DNA of 63,924 bases, filler included, from Globobulimina sp. (taxonomy: Eukaryota), in the NCBI GenBank assembly GCA_003354225.1. It is 39 parts of 39 records of this genome, joined end to end, with 100 filler letters (N's around TTAATTAATTAA, not from the genome) between each part and the next. Parts side by side here need not be neighbours in the genome. Positions count along the whole stretch, not along the records: positions 47,617 to 49,157 come from PIVH01015082.1; positions 49,258 to 50,798 come from PIVH01015083.1; positions 50,899 to 52,439 come from PIVH01015084.1; positions 52,540 to 54,080 come from PIVH01015085.1; positions 54,181 to 55,721 come from PIVH01015086.1; positions 55,822 to 57,362 come from PIVH01015087.1; positions 57,463 to 59,003 come from PIVH01015088.1; positions 59,104 to 60,644 come from PIVH01015089.1; 31 more parts are not named here. One strand, 5' to 3'. The notes under the pieces were generated by a model. That model was not told the origin of the DNA. It ran no database searches and saw nothing but the letters and a program-made list of their open reading frames with translations. Below are positions 48,232 to 60,098 of the stretch, one piece after another. The stretch's first letter is position 1, and each line of letters opens with the position of its first letter. Position numbers and translations under genes: made by a program.

Positions 48232-49113
48232 TTAGTTACATCGTAATGCCCATACAGTGCAGACACAAAACATTGTCTTATTACTCCATTGAGCAGATGT
48301 TGAAGTATCTGTTGATTTATCCCAAAGACATGAAGAAGTAAAACGAAATCCAGAGCCTGCTTTCTGTAAAATTGTAGCATTTATGACATATTTACATTTA
48401 TAATCTCCATTCGCTTGTTTATTTGCAGCCATTTGCTTTGTCACTGCTTTTACAATTTGTTGGCACCAAACTTTCACATTTTTACTATTAAATCTATGAT
48501 CTTTTAATATCACTTCAATCTCTTTCCTCATATTTTGCTGTACCTCCATTACATTCATCGTTTTCTGTGGTTTGATTGGTTTCGATGTACTCTCTGTCTC
48601 TGTCTCTGTCTCTATCTCTTCTGTTTCATGCATTCATTATTTATATATTTACATCAATTACATGGATATACCTTCTTTTTTATCAATTGTCTGTTCATTG
48701 CTTTGTCTGTCTGACTCTGATTGTTTTGCAGGTTTTGAAGAGTTTGAGTCCACTTCTTCGGATTTCACCGGTGGTTTTTGGTCATTTGACTCATTTTCGG
48801 TGTCAATCTGTTCAATTTCTATCTCATCGTCAACTCCTTTATCATTATCATTATCATTTCCATTCTCATCGTCATTGCTTTGCAACTCTGATTGTTGCAA
48901 TTGTGCAGGTTTTGGATCCACTTCTTGGCTTTCAATAATTTCATACTCTTCGGATTCAACGTGTTGTTTCTGTTGATTTTCAGTTTGAATCTGATCACTT
49001 TCTATCTGTTTTGTATCTTCTTTGTCATTTAAATTTTCATTGTCAATTGCTAGCACATTCTCATTCTCATTCATATCCTCTGCATTTGTCGTGTTTTCAT
49101 CTATGTTGTTCAT
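48232..49113 (-). CDS. Tctex-1 family dynein light chain with long acidic N-terminal extension
   Basis: KYVINATILQKAGSG..SSCLWDKSTD..WSNKTMFCVCTVW. GT-AG intron 48621-48671. Confidence 0.9.
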
Positions 49114-49258
49114 GGTTTAATTTGTGTTGACGGTTAAAAATATATTTGTAAAAATACNNNNNNNNNNNNNNNNNNNNNNNNNNNNNNNNNNNNNNNNNNN
49201 NTTAATTAATTAANNNNNNNNNNNNNNNNNNNNNNNNNNNNNNNNNNNNNNNNNNNNA

Positions 49259-49861
49259 CCGGAAGCACCAAGTAGTAGTAGCGATGGAAATGGTTTAGGA
49301 GAAGAAGAGACTAACGCAGCATTCAGGAGAAAGAAGAAAAGAAAACGGATAAAATCAAGAGAAAAAAGGCGAAACATAGCATTAAGAGAAGTAGACAGAT
49401 TAGATCGGGAAATATGGGAAAACAATGTACCTCCTGTATGGAAAAATACTGAGAAAATATATTGTCCACTTAACTTAAATGAGTACTCGCAATTACAGTG
49501 CTATCCACAGAATAAAGAGGAGTTCGACCGTAAATGGACATACGAGTCACGATTGCATGAAGCACGGAATCTACTGACCCAGTGCATGGAGTTAACATTT
49601 GGCCCACACCATGATAAAGATGCTCGAGGGTCATTAACATTAATTTACTATTACGGCATAGTAGTAACAATAGATAAAGCCGAGCAACTTTTTAAAGATA
49701 TACACAGTTTAGACCATGCAATTTCAACTGATGAGGAGTTAGAAGCAGAATATTCCGAATCAGCACCCCCCAACATAGGACATAATAATGCAAATCGGCG
49801 CTCATCAAGCGGTAGACGGATACGTACGCCAGCCAAGTTTGATGAGTTTTATTTAAATTAA
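49259..49861 (+). CDS. Hypothetical protein C-terminus, possibly TE-derived
   Basis: 200-codon open frame ending RRSSSGRRIRTPAKFDEF, resembling LTR-element tails. Confidence 0.45.
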   Translation, partial: PEAPSSSSDGNGLGEEETNAAFRRKKKRKRIKSREKRRNIALREVDRLDREIWENNVPPVWKNTEKIYCPLNLNEYSQLQCYPQNKEEFDRKWTYESRLHEARNLLTQCMELTFGPHHDKDARGSLTLIYYYGIVVTIDKAEQLFKDIHSLDHAISTDEELEAEYSESAPPNIGHNNANRRSSSGRRIRTPAKFDEFYLN

Positions 49862-50517
49862 ATAACTATCGCGATTTGAGGCTAGAGTGCTAATTTCGTT
49901 TTGTGTACAAGTTATAAATGTATGAAGAGTGTGTACCAGAAATAAATGTCACAGATCGGATAAATCAACATTAGCGGAGCGCTCAGCTGATGAGGATTTA
50001 AATAACCGACCGAAATAAGAAATTTTGTGGGCGCGGATTGGTTGCGTACAAGTAAAGAGTATCGGCGGCACGTTTTCACTTTTGCCAAAAGCCTACAGAA
50101 GTCGGAAAAAAGTATACTAAAAGCCGAGCACTGGGCCCAGGCGAAAAATTTTGGGAACACAGGCCGCTTATTTATTAAAATAAGTAGATGGATAGGAGTG
50201 ATGAGGTTACCGTCATGGTCTGATCAACCAATGATAGAGACACGATCCCCATCAATAAATCTGCTAAAATAAATAAATAAATTATAGGTTTTAACGTAGT
50301 TTAAAAGCGAATAGTAAAATACACGTACTATGCAAATTTTTGTTGGGATTCACAGTTGCACATCGTTAGACAAATAGTTGTCGGTTGTTTGTTATTCTCT
50401 TTTGAACCTCCCTGCACTGTAGACATGGTCCAAAGTTCCGAGCAAACAGCAAGTGCACGACGGGGAGGTGAAACGAGCGAAAGAGTACATGACAATGGCG
50501 AAACTTCGAATAATCAA

Positions 50518-50798
50518 TCAATACCAGCCGCTGTTTAAGGCGGTAGCAGAGGCCGGATGGGAACCGGTCACACTGGCTCGCTCGAATGACAGTCGAGTCT
50601 ACGTGGAACGATTCGGCACGCGGTATCTGACCGTGTTTAATGACAGCCGCCAGCGGCAGACGGCAACCATTCTCCTGGACATGGAAGTTTCGGCGTCAAG
50701 CATCGAGTTGGTCGCCGGTAAAATTGTTCGTTGGCAAGGCGGTCGGGCCACGGTTACGCTGGACGCCGAGGACGTGATGGTCATCGATCTGAAGCGAT
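50518..50798 (+). CDS. Bacterial-type hypothetical protein C-terminus (GC-rich part of a chimeric contig)
   Basis: Abrupt GC rise; YQPLFKAVAEAGWEPVTLARS..VYVERFG..YLTVFN with GC3-rich codons. Confidence 0.6.
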
Positions 50799-51062
50799 NN
50801 NNNNNNNNNNNNNNNNNNNNNNNNNNNNNNNNNNNNNNNNNNTTAATTAATTAANNNNNNNNNNNNNNNNNNNNNNNNNNNNNNNNNNNNNNNNNNNNCG
50901 TTTACAATATAATCAATATCTGCTTTCTTACCAAATCTTCTCTACGCATATCTTCTTTTTTTGTCAATCACGACATAATATCTAAAAATGTTGTTTAAGG
51001 ATCGTTTAAGCCCCTTTTGAAGAAAGTTTTTGTTGTAAACTTCAACATTGGTCCGACAGACC

Positions 51063-52439
51063 ATGAGCGTGTTTCCGTGCTGCGCTAAAGCCAACAGTGA
51101 GGAAGAAATTGACTCGAACATTTCCTTAATACTCGGCTATCGACCATCAGTAACCGTTGTCATTCTCGGCGCTGATGGTGTCGGTAAATCATCACTAGTC
51201 ACAAGACTGGTTAATGATTCTTTTTCTGACCAGCTAAGCATACCTACATTATTAATCTGTTCGATGTGATATATTTTAATACACAACGACCAAAAAAACA
51301 CAGTCCTGGACCATCAAATGAAGATTTACACCGTAAAGAAGTAACAATCGATGGCAAAACAGTCACACTCAACATTTACGACACAACCTCTCGCCCAAAA
51401 TGTCATGCAATGCAACAACAATGGCTCAGCAAAGCCGACGTGTTCCTCCTCGCTTATGCAATCACCTCCAAATCCACCTTCATTGAGATGGAAAACATCC
51501 GCTATAAATTACTCAAAATTCGCCAAAATATCGACGCAAATAGCACCGTCCCAATGGTAGTAGTCGGCACTAAATGCGACTTAAGCCACATCCGTCAAAT
51601 CAGCACCGACGAAGCAGTCAGTTTCTGCAAAATGATCAATGTCTCATTCTTCGAAACCTCCGCCAAGAAACCCATTAATATCAATGAATGTTTCCATCAA
51701 TGTTTGAGCCAATACCTCTCCTTCAAAACAGCACATATAAAAAGTAAAAACGAGCTAAAACACAAACAAATTGCCTCTACAAATGCAGATGACACAGACA
51801 TCCACATAGCAGTCATTGGCACGCATAACGTGGGCAAACACTCAATGATTCATAGCTATATCGGTGGCTTTGCCAATGCGCGCAAGAAAAGAGACGTATA
51901 TTACACCTCTGTCGATACGCAACAAAGCAAATTGGAATTAATATTAAATGTATACTGCATTGAATACAAAGAGACAGAGACACAAATCCAAGCAGAGGCG
52001 GCAGAGTCGGGCATTAATATTAATATCAATCCCTCGCCGGATAATTCAATGATAAATGCACAAAAAGCGTATGATAAACGGATTGTGACTCCCTCGCATT
52101 CGCATATACCTTCACACCACGCAAATGCGTCCAATATGACTATGATTGAATTGGATTCCATCATAAATGAGACAGAAATGGATGAGAATTACTTCGATGC
52201 ATTGTGCAATGATTGCGACTTTGACTACGATGAAACGCACACATTGAACATCCGCGACATCACTAAGAACAACGACGCGTTTTTATTTGTGACGAGCATC
52301 GACGATAAACAATCCTTTGTGCAGTGTATAGATTTGATTAAAAATATCAAAAACGATGTCGATGGTTATAACTACAGCAAACCTGTGATTATTGTGGTGA
52401 CAAAATGCGATTTAAGTCCTCAGAAACACCAATTAACGG
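51063..52439 (+). CDS. Tandem Ras-like GTPase domain protein, 3' partial
   Basis: Domain 1: GADGVGKS, IYDT, VGTKCDL, ETSAK. Domain 2: GTHNVGKH, VTKCDL. Putative intron 51233-51303. Confidence 0.85.
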
Positions 52440-52539
52440 NNNNNNNNNNNNNNNNNNNNNNNNNNNNNNNNNNNNNNNNNNNNTTAATTAATTAANNNNN
52501 NNNNNNNNNNNNNNNNNNNNNNNNNNNNNNNNNNNNNNN

Positions 52540-54080
52540 GCTATTTCTTTTTCTCTAGATGACAGAGCATATGTCTCAGGAACCAACATGTATTACATTC
52601 CCACCAACATCACAGCCTACAACAGCGCCTACACCAACAGGCAATGATCCATATAGAATATATTCGATTGAGGTAGAGATATTTAGTCAAGGTATCAAAA
52701 CATACACTGCAAATTTTATGATAATCATGAAAAACAACACAAAAAAGGTGGGAGTACTGATGATATATTTGCAGGGATTGAAGGAGTTGACGGGAATATG
52801 ACAGAGTTTGTTAATATCCGTAGCTTATCAGATGCCGGATTCTCTGGGAAAACATATTCATTTGATTTAAATCTATCGAATGTTGGTGTTGGCGCTAAAT
52901 TATATTTAATAAATTATGGGGTGGACAGTTTATTAATTGAAGGATGTACAATCGATGGTGTTGCGTTCAGTGAAACGTCATATGATATATTAGAATATGA
53001 TGGTGCAGATCCACGTGGATGTCATAGCGTTGTATGTGATGTTATTAGTGGCAGTATGGCCAAATCAGAACATATTCCATGTTTAAATTATGAGAGTCCA
53101 TTCAATATTAATTCAAATGAGACGCGAACTTACAGAGTTGTGATTGATTTATTTTTGGAAGGTGGCTCTATTGATGATATATATGTAATTATTCAAAGTC
53201 TAAGTGGCAGAATGAGTGATCCGTATAATATCGGTGCAATGCCTGAAGGTGACCGCTTGTATCCATTTGATATTACAATGTTAGATATGGGTGATCCAAA
53301 GGCAATATATTTAGTAAAGTTAAGCAGCGATGGAAATGACGCATTATTAGTGGATGGATGCAGCGTCGATTCTATATATTCAGCTGAAGAGTTAACAGGA
53401 GATTTATTAGAATATGGTGGCAATGATCCGAGAGGGTGCGGTTATGTTAAATGTGATTTCTTGCACAATGAAATGAGTAAAGGCGAACAGGATATATGTG
53501 ATTTGATCCCTGTTTTTATATCAATTGGAAACGGTACAAATGCGCAATATTTTATAAGCATTGACACAACAAATATACCATTCTCTGTACCCGGCGGTAG
53601 TTCCAATGACATTTGGTTAAGGTAAATATATATAAGCAATATATTATACATATGTTTCTAGATTCAAATAAAAACACTAAGGGTCATAAATGACGATAAT
53701 GCGAAATCAGAATATGTATTTTTAGGAAATGATATGAGTGACGATGGCGAAGTGTATACATTCCGAGCAAATATAAAAAATCTAGGTGCTAATATACGAT
53801 ATTTACAATTTATACAATTTGGCGAAGATGATTTATGCATTGATTATTGTCAAATTAATGAACAATTTGTAGATTTGGGTATGTTTGGAAGTGAATGTAA
53901 CGAGAATAATATTTTAGACAATGATGGATGTGCCGTAATGACATGCGATTTCGAACTAAATCAAATCACAGCAATCATTGAATCGCCATGCAAACAGGAT
54001 ATATATGGATGGAATAATAAAACCTATCGGATATATACAATCATCATCCATGTATGTCCAGATGGCGGTGATTTAATTGA
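52540..54080 (+). CDS. Extracellular protein with PT-rich stalk and tandem PLAT/LH2-like repeats, internal fragment
   Basis: At least three repeats Y.(I/V).I....GGS.DDI...Y.F...D.L.(I/V)DGC...GC..V.CD. Introns 52692-52747 and 53622-53681. Confidence 0.6.
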
Positions 54081-54180
54081 NNNNNNNNNNNNNNNNNNNN
54101 NNNNNNNNNNNNNNNNNNNNNNNNTTAATTAATTAANNNNNNNNNNNNNNNNNNNNNNNNNNNNNNNNNNNNNNNNNNNN

Positions 54181-54366
54181 GATCGGAGCGTCGACCTGTG
54201 CGAGGCGCCCCGGTAGGGCCGCCGCGTCGTCCGGGGTGCTCTCGGTGAATTCGGCGGCCACCACGAAACCCTCACCGTCCACGCCGACATGCAGTTTTCG
54301 CCAGCCCCGACGCTCGCTCAATCTCCGGTGTTTGTGTGCATTCCACGCGCCCGCGTGTCCCCGGAA
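54181..54366 (-). mobile_element. Bacterial IS5-family (IS903 group) transposase fragment
   Basis: GAWNAHKH..RRGWRKLHVGVD..DDAAALP. Very GC-rich. Confidence 0.8.
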
Positions 54367-55026
54367 TCCATCTGCGCCGCAGTCTTGTCTACTGCTCAAA
54401 GGCAGGCACCCAGGTTAAAAAATCTAAAATCTCATGCCACTAAAGATTTACTCCAGTTACTGTTAGAGGCGGCAGAACAGACGGGAAAATTCTGCCACTA
54501 CCGTACTTTCGTCCTTTGTCTTATGCTATTCTCTGGCTGTATGCGGTTTAGCGAAGTAGCAAACTTATGTTTTTCAGACATTCAGATAAATAAAAACGGT
54601 CTTTCTATCTCGCTTGTCAAAAGTAAAACTGATCAGTTTAAACAAGGGCACATAGTCGAAATCGCAGCAACAAGTTCTACCCTCTGTCCTAAGTTGTGCT
54701 ACTTAAAATTTCTATCTAGACTACCTATTAAATCTCATTCCCCAAGTACTCCAGTTTTCTCTAATATTACATCACAAAAGCCAGTTTCCTTCTCAAATTG
54801 TATGGCGCTTTTACGTTATATGCTAAAATTGAAAAAATTTTCTGACCCAAACTCTATTAGTCTCCATTCCTTTCGAGCTGGCAGTGCAACTACCTTACTC
54901 GAACAGGGTTTAGATACAGCCGACATAAGAGAATTCGGCCGTTGGAAATCCCCCATTTCCCTTGACCGTTATTTACGGCGATCCCAGGCTCTAAAACTAA
55001 AAACGGCCAGAGCGCTGAACCTATAG
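54367..55026 (+). mobile_element. Tyrosine recombinase of DIRS/Ngaro-type retroelement, 5' partial
   Basis: MRFSE, KSKTDQFKQG, LCP, HSFRAGSAT, GRWKS, RY: all catalytic positions present. Confidence 0.85.
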
Positions 55027-56040
55027 AACATCCATACTAAAGCCTTCCCCTCCACTACTTTAATCTGTGTAACTTATCTCCACCCAAGTCCCATACCCAA
55101 TCCCAGAAATTTAAAGTTTAACCAATATTTCTGTTTAGACGGCCAAAAGTGAATGATGCCCAATGGCTCCCCCATTGTTATTGCATTGGCAATGTACAGT
55201 ACCTACAGATTATAAGAGTTATCGTTCATGTGTCGTGTACAATGTTATAGTACCGTGTCTGTAAAATATATCGTATATTACTAGTTCTATGTGTGCCTTA
55301 AAAAATTTCAAAAGTTTGTCATAAGTTGTTTTCTGTTCGGTTACGTTGTATGTACAGTATCATACTATATAAATAATAATATAGTCTATAATATGTCTTG
55401 TATATAATAAATATATCTCTTCGCTTGTTGAGTGTTATAACCTTTGATAGTGTACTATGATAAATAACCATGTTTGACGAGTTTCTGTACTTAAACTTTA
55501 ACCTACGTATGTCTGATGATAACTTGATGTTGTGCTATATATCAAATATACATGTATGCGTGTGACGGTCTTGGCAGTAATCGAATAAAGTTGTGTCTCT
55601 CTTTCACAGTTGTTTTGGTTTGACTTAAGATTAAGCATAGAAATTAAGTTTTTTCTATACGGAACGCAGTGGAGTATAGAATACAAAATTATTCATTTGC
55701 TCTAGGAGTTTGGCCGGACAANNNNNNNNNNNNNNNNNNNNNNNNNNNNNNNNNNNNNNNNNNNNTTAATTAATTAANNNNNNNNNNNNNNNNNNNNNNN
55801 NNNNNNNNNNNNNNNNNNNNNGTCGCAAATTAAAGAAATAAAGAATACAAAATTAACTATTTGAGGAAAGAACAGGTGACTTAGTCTCAGTTTCATGCGC
55901 AGACAGTGCAGCCCATGAAGGTGAAGGCAACGTAAGGATTAATGTACGTCTAACATCATACTTACGTCTGAAATCGGACTTCAATAATAACACAGTATCA
56001 CCTCTGAAAACTTTTTTGAAGTGCTCTAATCATCAAGTCA

Positions 56041-57362
56041 ATGGCAGAAGAATTATATTTACAAAAACTCGCAACTCAGTTGATTGAATTGGTACAGAAA
56101 AATCATATAAATTCAGTGCAACAGAATGGTAAAACTTTTATTGAACAAGATTCAATTTTAACATTTCTGAAGCGATCTCATTCGGCAAATTATGAAAAAT
56201 CAGATCAAACTAACTCGAAGTCAGACAAGTATGTGGCATCATCAATAGAGACATTTGACAAATTAAAATAAAATGAATGTATAATCTAATCAGAAATCGT
56301 CCGACTGTCAAATTCAAGGAAGATTTAAAAGAAGAAAAAGAAGATATTTATGACAATAAAAAGAAATACCAACCACTAAAAATTACAAAAACTATACGAT
56401 TTATCGACTGCCCGAATAATGATGATGACAACGACACATTTATAGACTGTGAAATACAGAGACAAACGAATACAAATCACGGTATACACAACGACGAAAT
56501 TGACGCAAACATACCATCAATAGATTGGAGAAAATATGGCTTATCACATTTAAAGGATGAGGAAGAAGAAAAGCTGCAATATTACAGCAACAAAGAATTA
56601 TTTATAGTCTTATCCGATTACGTCTTAATTTATTCCAAACCGGGGGATAAATTTGGTGTTGCGCGCAATTTAAAAGACAGCAATGAATTGTGTGTAATCT
56701 ATATATTGAATAAATATGAATTAGTATTAATCGAAAGCAAACAAAGAGATTACACCAGCGAATGTTATGTGAAATGTTTACTTCCTGTTCGTGGCTGGAT
56801 ATATCTGCCTCAATCAAGCATTAATGAGTGGATTGCCGGCATACAAACCCGTCATCGCATTGATATGCAATATATTTACAAAATTAAAACACAAAATGAT
56901 ATGCATATGGCAATTGATAGCAATGATAATAATGAGATATGGAAGCAATTAGAAGAAAATAATATTGATCGGCTCACCTTTTTAAATCAACAAATTGCCC
57001 CTTTATTGCATCCATTGGCACAAAATACTGTAGAAACTGTACAAAATGCACAAAATGCAGAGATATCAGCAAGTATTCAACCACAACAAGAAGAGGAACA
57101 AGAACAAGAAGAGGAAGTAAAGGGAATAAAGAAATGTTTAAACTGCCTGGTGTCATTTATGAGAGCACATCCATTTTTTCCTGGTTTGGCCATCACATTG
57201 ATCCAAGCTGGTATTGAAGTGGTGATATTTTTTGATATTATCACAGATATCATGGTTGTATACCAATTATCCCAGATTACTAATGACTTATTGATATCTT
57301 TATTTTTTACCCTAAGTGTTGTTTTTTTAATATCGACGTATATGATCCGATGGGTATCTACC
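56041..57362 (+). CDS. Large membrane protein N-terminal part (SH3-like segment, then TM helices), two exons
   Basis: GT-AG intron 56229-56293 joins the ORFs. VKCLLPVRGWI; FDIITDIMVVYQL starts the TM region. Confidence 0.65.
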
Positions 57363-57462
57363 NNNNNNNNNNNNNNNNNNNNNNNNNNNNNNNNNNNNNN
57401 NNNNNNTTAATTAATTAANNNNNNNNNNNNNNNNNNNNNNNNNNNNNNNNNNNNNNNNNNNN

Positions 57463-57595
57463 TTGCAAATGAAAAGATGTTTTTAGTGACAACATCAACA
57501 ACTTTAATTTAGGGAAAACACACAGAAACGCTATAATTTATAAAATAATTAAAAACATGCACAAAAGTCTTAATTGCCATATGTTTGTTTGTCAA
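57463..57595 (+). repeat. Left inverted repeat, truncated by the contig start
   Basis: Reverse complement of 58657-58789. Confidence 0.92.
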
Positions 57596-58190
57596 GACAA
57601 AAGTGCAAGACACTCTTTACATGTAGCAATATTTCTTGCTGTTTTAACGGCAAACATGTCCGTATACATCTCATTTTGCGCAGTAGATATTCCTTTTTTC
57701 ATATCCGATATTTGTGAATTTGTCTTGAATATCATTGGTTTCATTAACAAAAAACTTCCGATTCCATGATATAAATGTATTGACTTTAATATGCTAATAT
57801 TCCATTCATTTTCTTTAAGTTGTACATTTTGTGTCATTTTATATTTATGAGTTTCAATAATAGATTTTAAATTATGCTCCGATATTTGTTGTGTCATTGT
57901 CTCAAATTGATATATACAGTACGCGTCACTTAAACGTTTTAATGTATCCTCTGTGACATTTGATAAACATATAGAAATAATATCTATTGGATCCGGATTA
58001 TCTTTATCAACAACAAAATTATAATTTGATGGTAACTGTTTATGAATTGCCTCAAAAATTGTTAACACAATTCCATCCAAATCTATTTCCTGGGATAAAA
58101 TACAAAAATTCAATTTTTTAGTTATTATAATTGCTTTCATTATACCCTCAATTATTTCTTTGTGTTGCTTTGAACCTAACTCTATCCGTT
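57592..58190 (-). CDS. Unknown passenger ORF of the transposon, probably 5' truncated
   Basis: 182 codons from the ATG, frame open further upstream. Stop codon lies at the inner edge of the left repeat. Confidence 0.6.
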
Positions 58191-58191
58191 C

Positions 58192-58648
58192 TAGCCAACC
58201 AGCTGTAAGAAATCCACGTTATTCAGTTATTGCTGCAATTAATGCACATGGATTATTGGCGTTTAATATACTTGAAGGCTCAATGAATGGTGAACGATTG
58301 TATTGGTGGACAATATTAAGGTTATTACCAAAATGTTCACCTTTTCCTGGCCCTAATAGTTTAATAATATTGGATAATGTTCGTTTTCATAAAAATAGAT
58401 TATTTCAAATAATTTGCGGATATATCGGTGTTAAATTACTTTATTTACCTCCTTATTCGCCTCATTTAAATGTTATTGAATGGCTTTTTAATGCATTGAA
58501 ACAACATCTACGAAAATATCCATTATTTTGTGATGAAAATGTCCGACAAATTGCTAGAATAATAATGGAATATGAAATAAAACCAATAAATTGGACATCA
58601 GTTTGTAGGAAAATTGGATATCAATATCATGTTACAGGCTTAAATTGA
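58192..58648 (+). pseudogene. DD34E transposase C-terminal half (DDE_3)
   Basis: RYSVIAAI..G..EGS, PFPGPNSLIILDNVRFH, LPPYSPHLNVIE with 34 aa between D and E. First Asp and HTH absent. Confidence 0.9.
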
Positions 58649-58656
58649 ACTATAAA

Positions 58657-58789
58657 TTGACAAACAAACATATTGCAATTAAGACTTTTGTGCATGTTTT
58701 TAATTATTTTATAAATTATAGCGTTTCTGCGTGTTTTCGCTAAATTAAAGTTGTTAATGTTGTCACTAAAAACATCTTTTCATTTGCAA
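58657..58789 (-). repeat. Right inverted repeat
   Basis: Starts 9 nt after the transposase stop codon. Confidence 0.92.
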
Positions 58790-59103
58790 GCTAGACTTGG
58801 ATGGCTCCTGACCAACTATGGTCAACTTAGTATTGCATAAACATAGTCGCAGTTGGATTATTGCTAAATCTGAATCCAATTTGTTACGCTCCGTATTAGT
58901 GTTATTGTTATAATCAAAAACGTTTCTTACAAATAGCAGCATTGTTTCAAGAGATTTTATTGCTTCAAATTTAATTATTCCAACTCAAAACATCTGTAAA
59001 TATNNNNNNNNNNNNNNNNNNNNNNNNNNNNNNNNNNNNNNNNNNNNTTAATTAATTAANNNNNNNNNNNNNNNNNNNNNNNNNNNNNNNNNNNNNNNNN
59101 NNN

Positions 59104-60098
59104 GTGTTTTTATAATTAAAAAACATAAGTAACTGTAGTAAATATTGGATATTGAGCAGCAGCATTACTTTGCATCATTGCTAACAATGAATTTGGATCA
59201 GTGGCACCTGAATTGGGCATAGCATCCGTTAGAAATATAATTCTATTCGAATATTTATCCATTGGCTTGGCATTTTTGTCTTTTGCTGTGGAAAATGTAG
59301 AAACGATCTCTTTATACATATCCGTTGCTGCTTTATAGGCCGTTTCCATATTCGTACCTCCATCTTCTGCAATATTTAAAACCTTCTCTTTTAACTCTCC
59401 AATGTTAATATCTTTGATAAAACTTAATTTTTCAACAACAGTGGGAGTCGAATCAAATTTGATAATTCCTAATCTATCATCATCATTCAAATGAGACAAT
59501 AATGCAATAACAGCTTTATTTGCGACCACCATTTTTGTCATATTTTTATCTTTCTCATGAAATGAAAATGGCGAACCCATTGAACCCGAATGATCCAATA
59601 CAATCAATAAATTTAATTTATTTCTTTTTAATTTGTTAACATCAAATGTTTCGTTTAAACCAACACTCATAAAATATTCCATTACCACTGCATTGCTGTC
59701 TTGTTTTACATCGTCTGTGTTTGAAATATTTTTGGCATTTAATAAATTCAACGATGCAATCAAAGACTGTGGTTTTTTACTTTTAGCATAACAATATGTT
59801 GGCTGTATTAAATGTTCTGTTTCGTTCTCTTTTTTTTCATCGCCATGGTCTTGGTTTTTTTTGTTTGTTTTTGTATCAAAATAATATTCCTGTTTTTGTG
59901 TCAACTGCCAATATTAATTATGATTAAATTAAGTCTGTGGTACGTACCGCAAATAGACCTTCATAAGTTAATGTTGATACGTCCGGTCGCTGTCCATACT
60001 CGATATTATCCCTGAATGTCTATACGCAATTACGCATATAGTTAATTAACAAAAATAATAAATGCAAATAACTTAACATTCACATCCATAGCACCTCC
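59104..60098 (-). CDS. von Willebrand factor A domain protein (YfbK-like), multi-exon fragment
   Basis: Exons GGAMDVN / DNIE..TYEGLFA / EYYFDT. MIDAS LDHSGSM, GGTNME, IIFLTDAMPN. Confidence 0.85.

Larger units (their letters stand above)
57463..58789. mobile_element. IS630/Tc1-mariner superfamily element, internally deleted, with long inverted repeats and two divergent ORFs
   Basis: 133-bp inverted repeats at 57463-57595 and 58657-58789 (4 mismatches) enclose an unknown ORF and a transposase C-terminus. Confidence 0.8.

Noticed and set aside
54289..55026. 245-aa ORF as a full-length integrase
   Set aside because: Its first ~26 codons are the antisense of the IS fragment.
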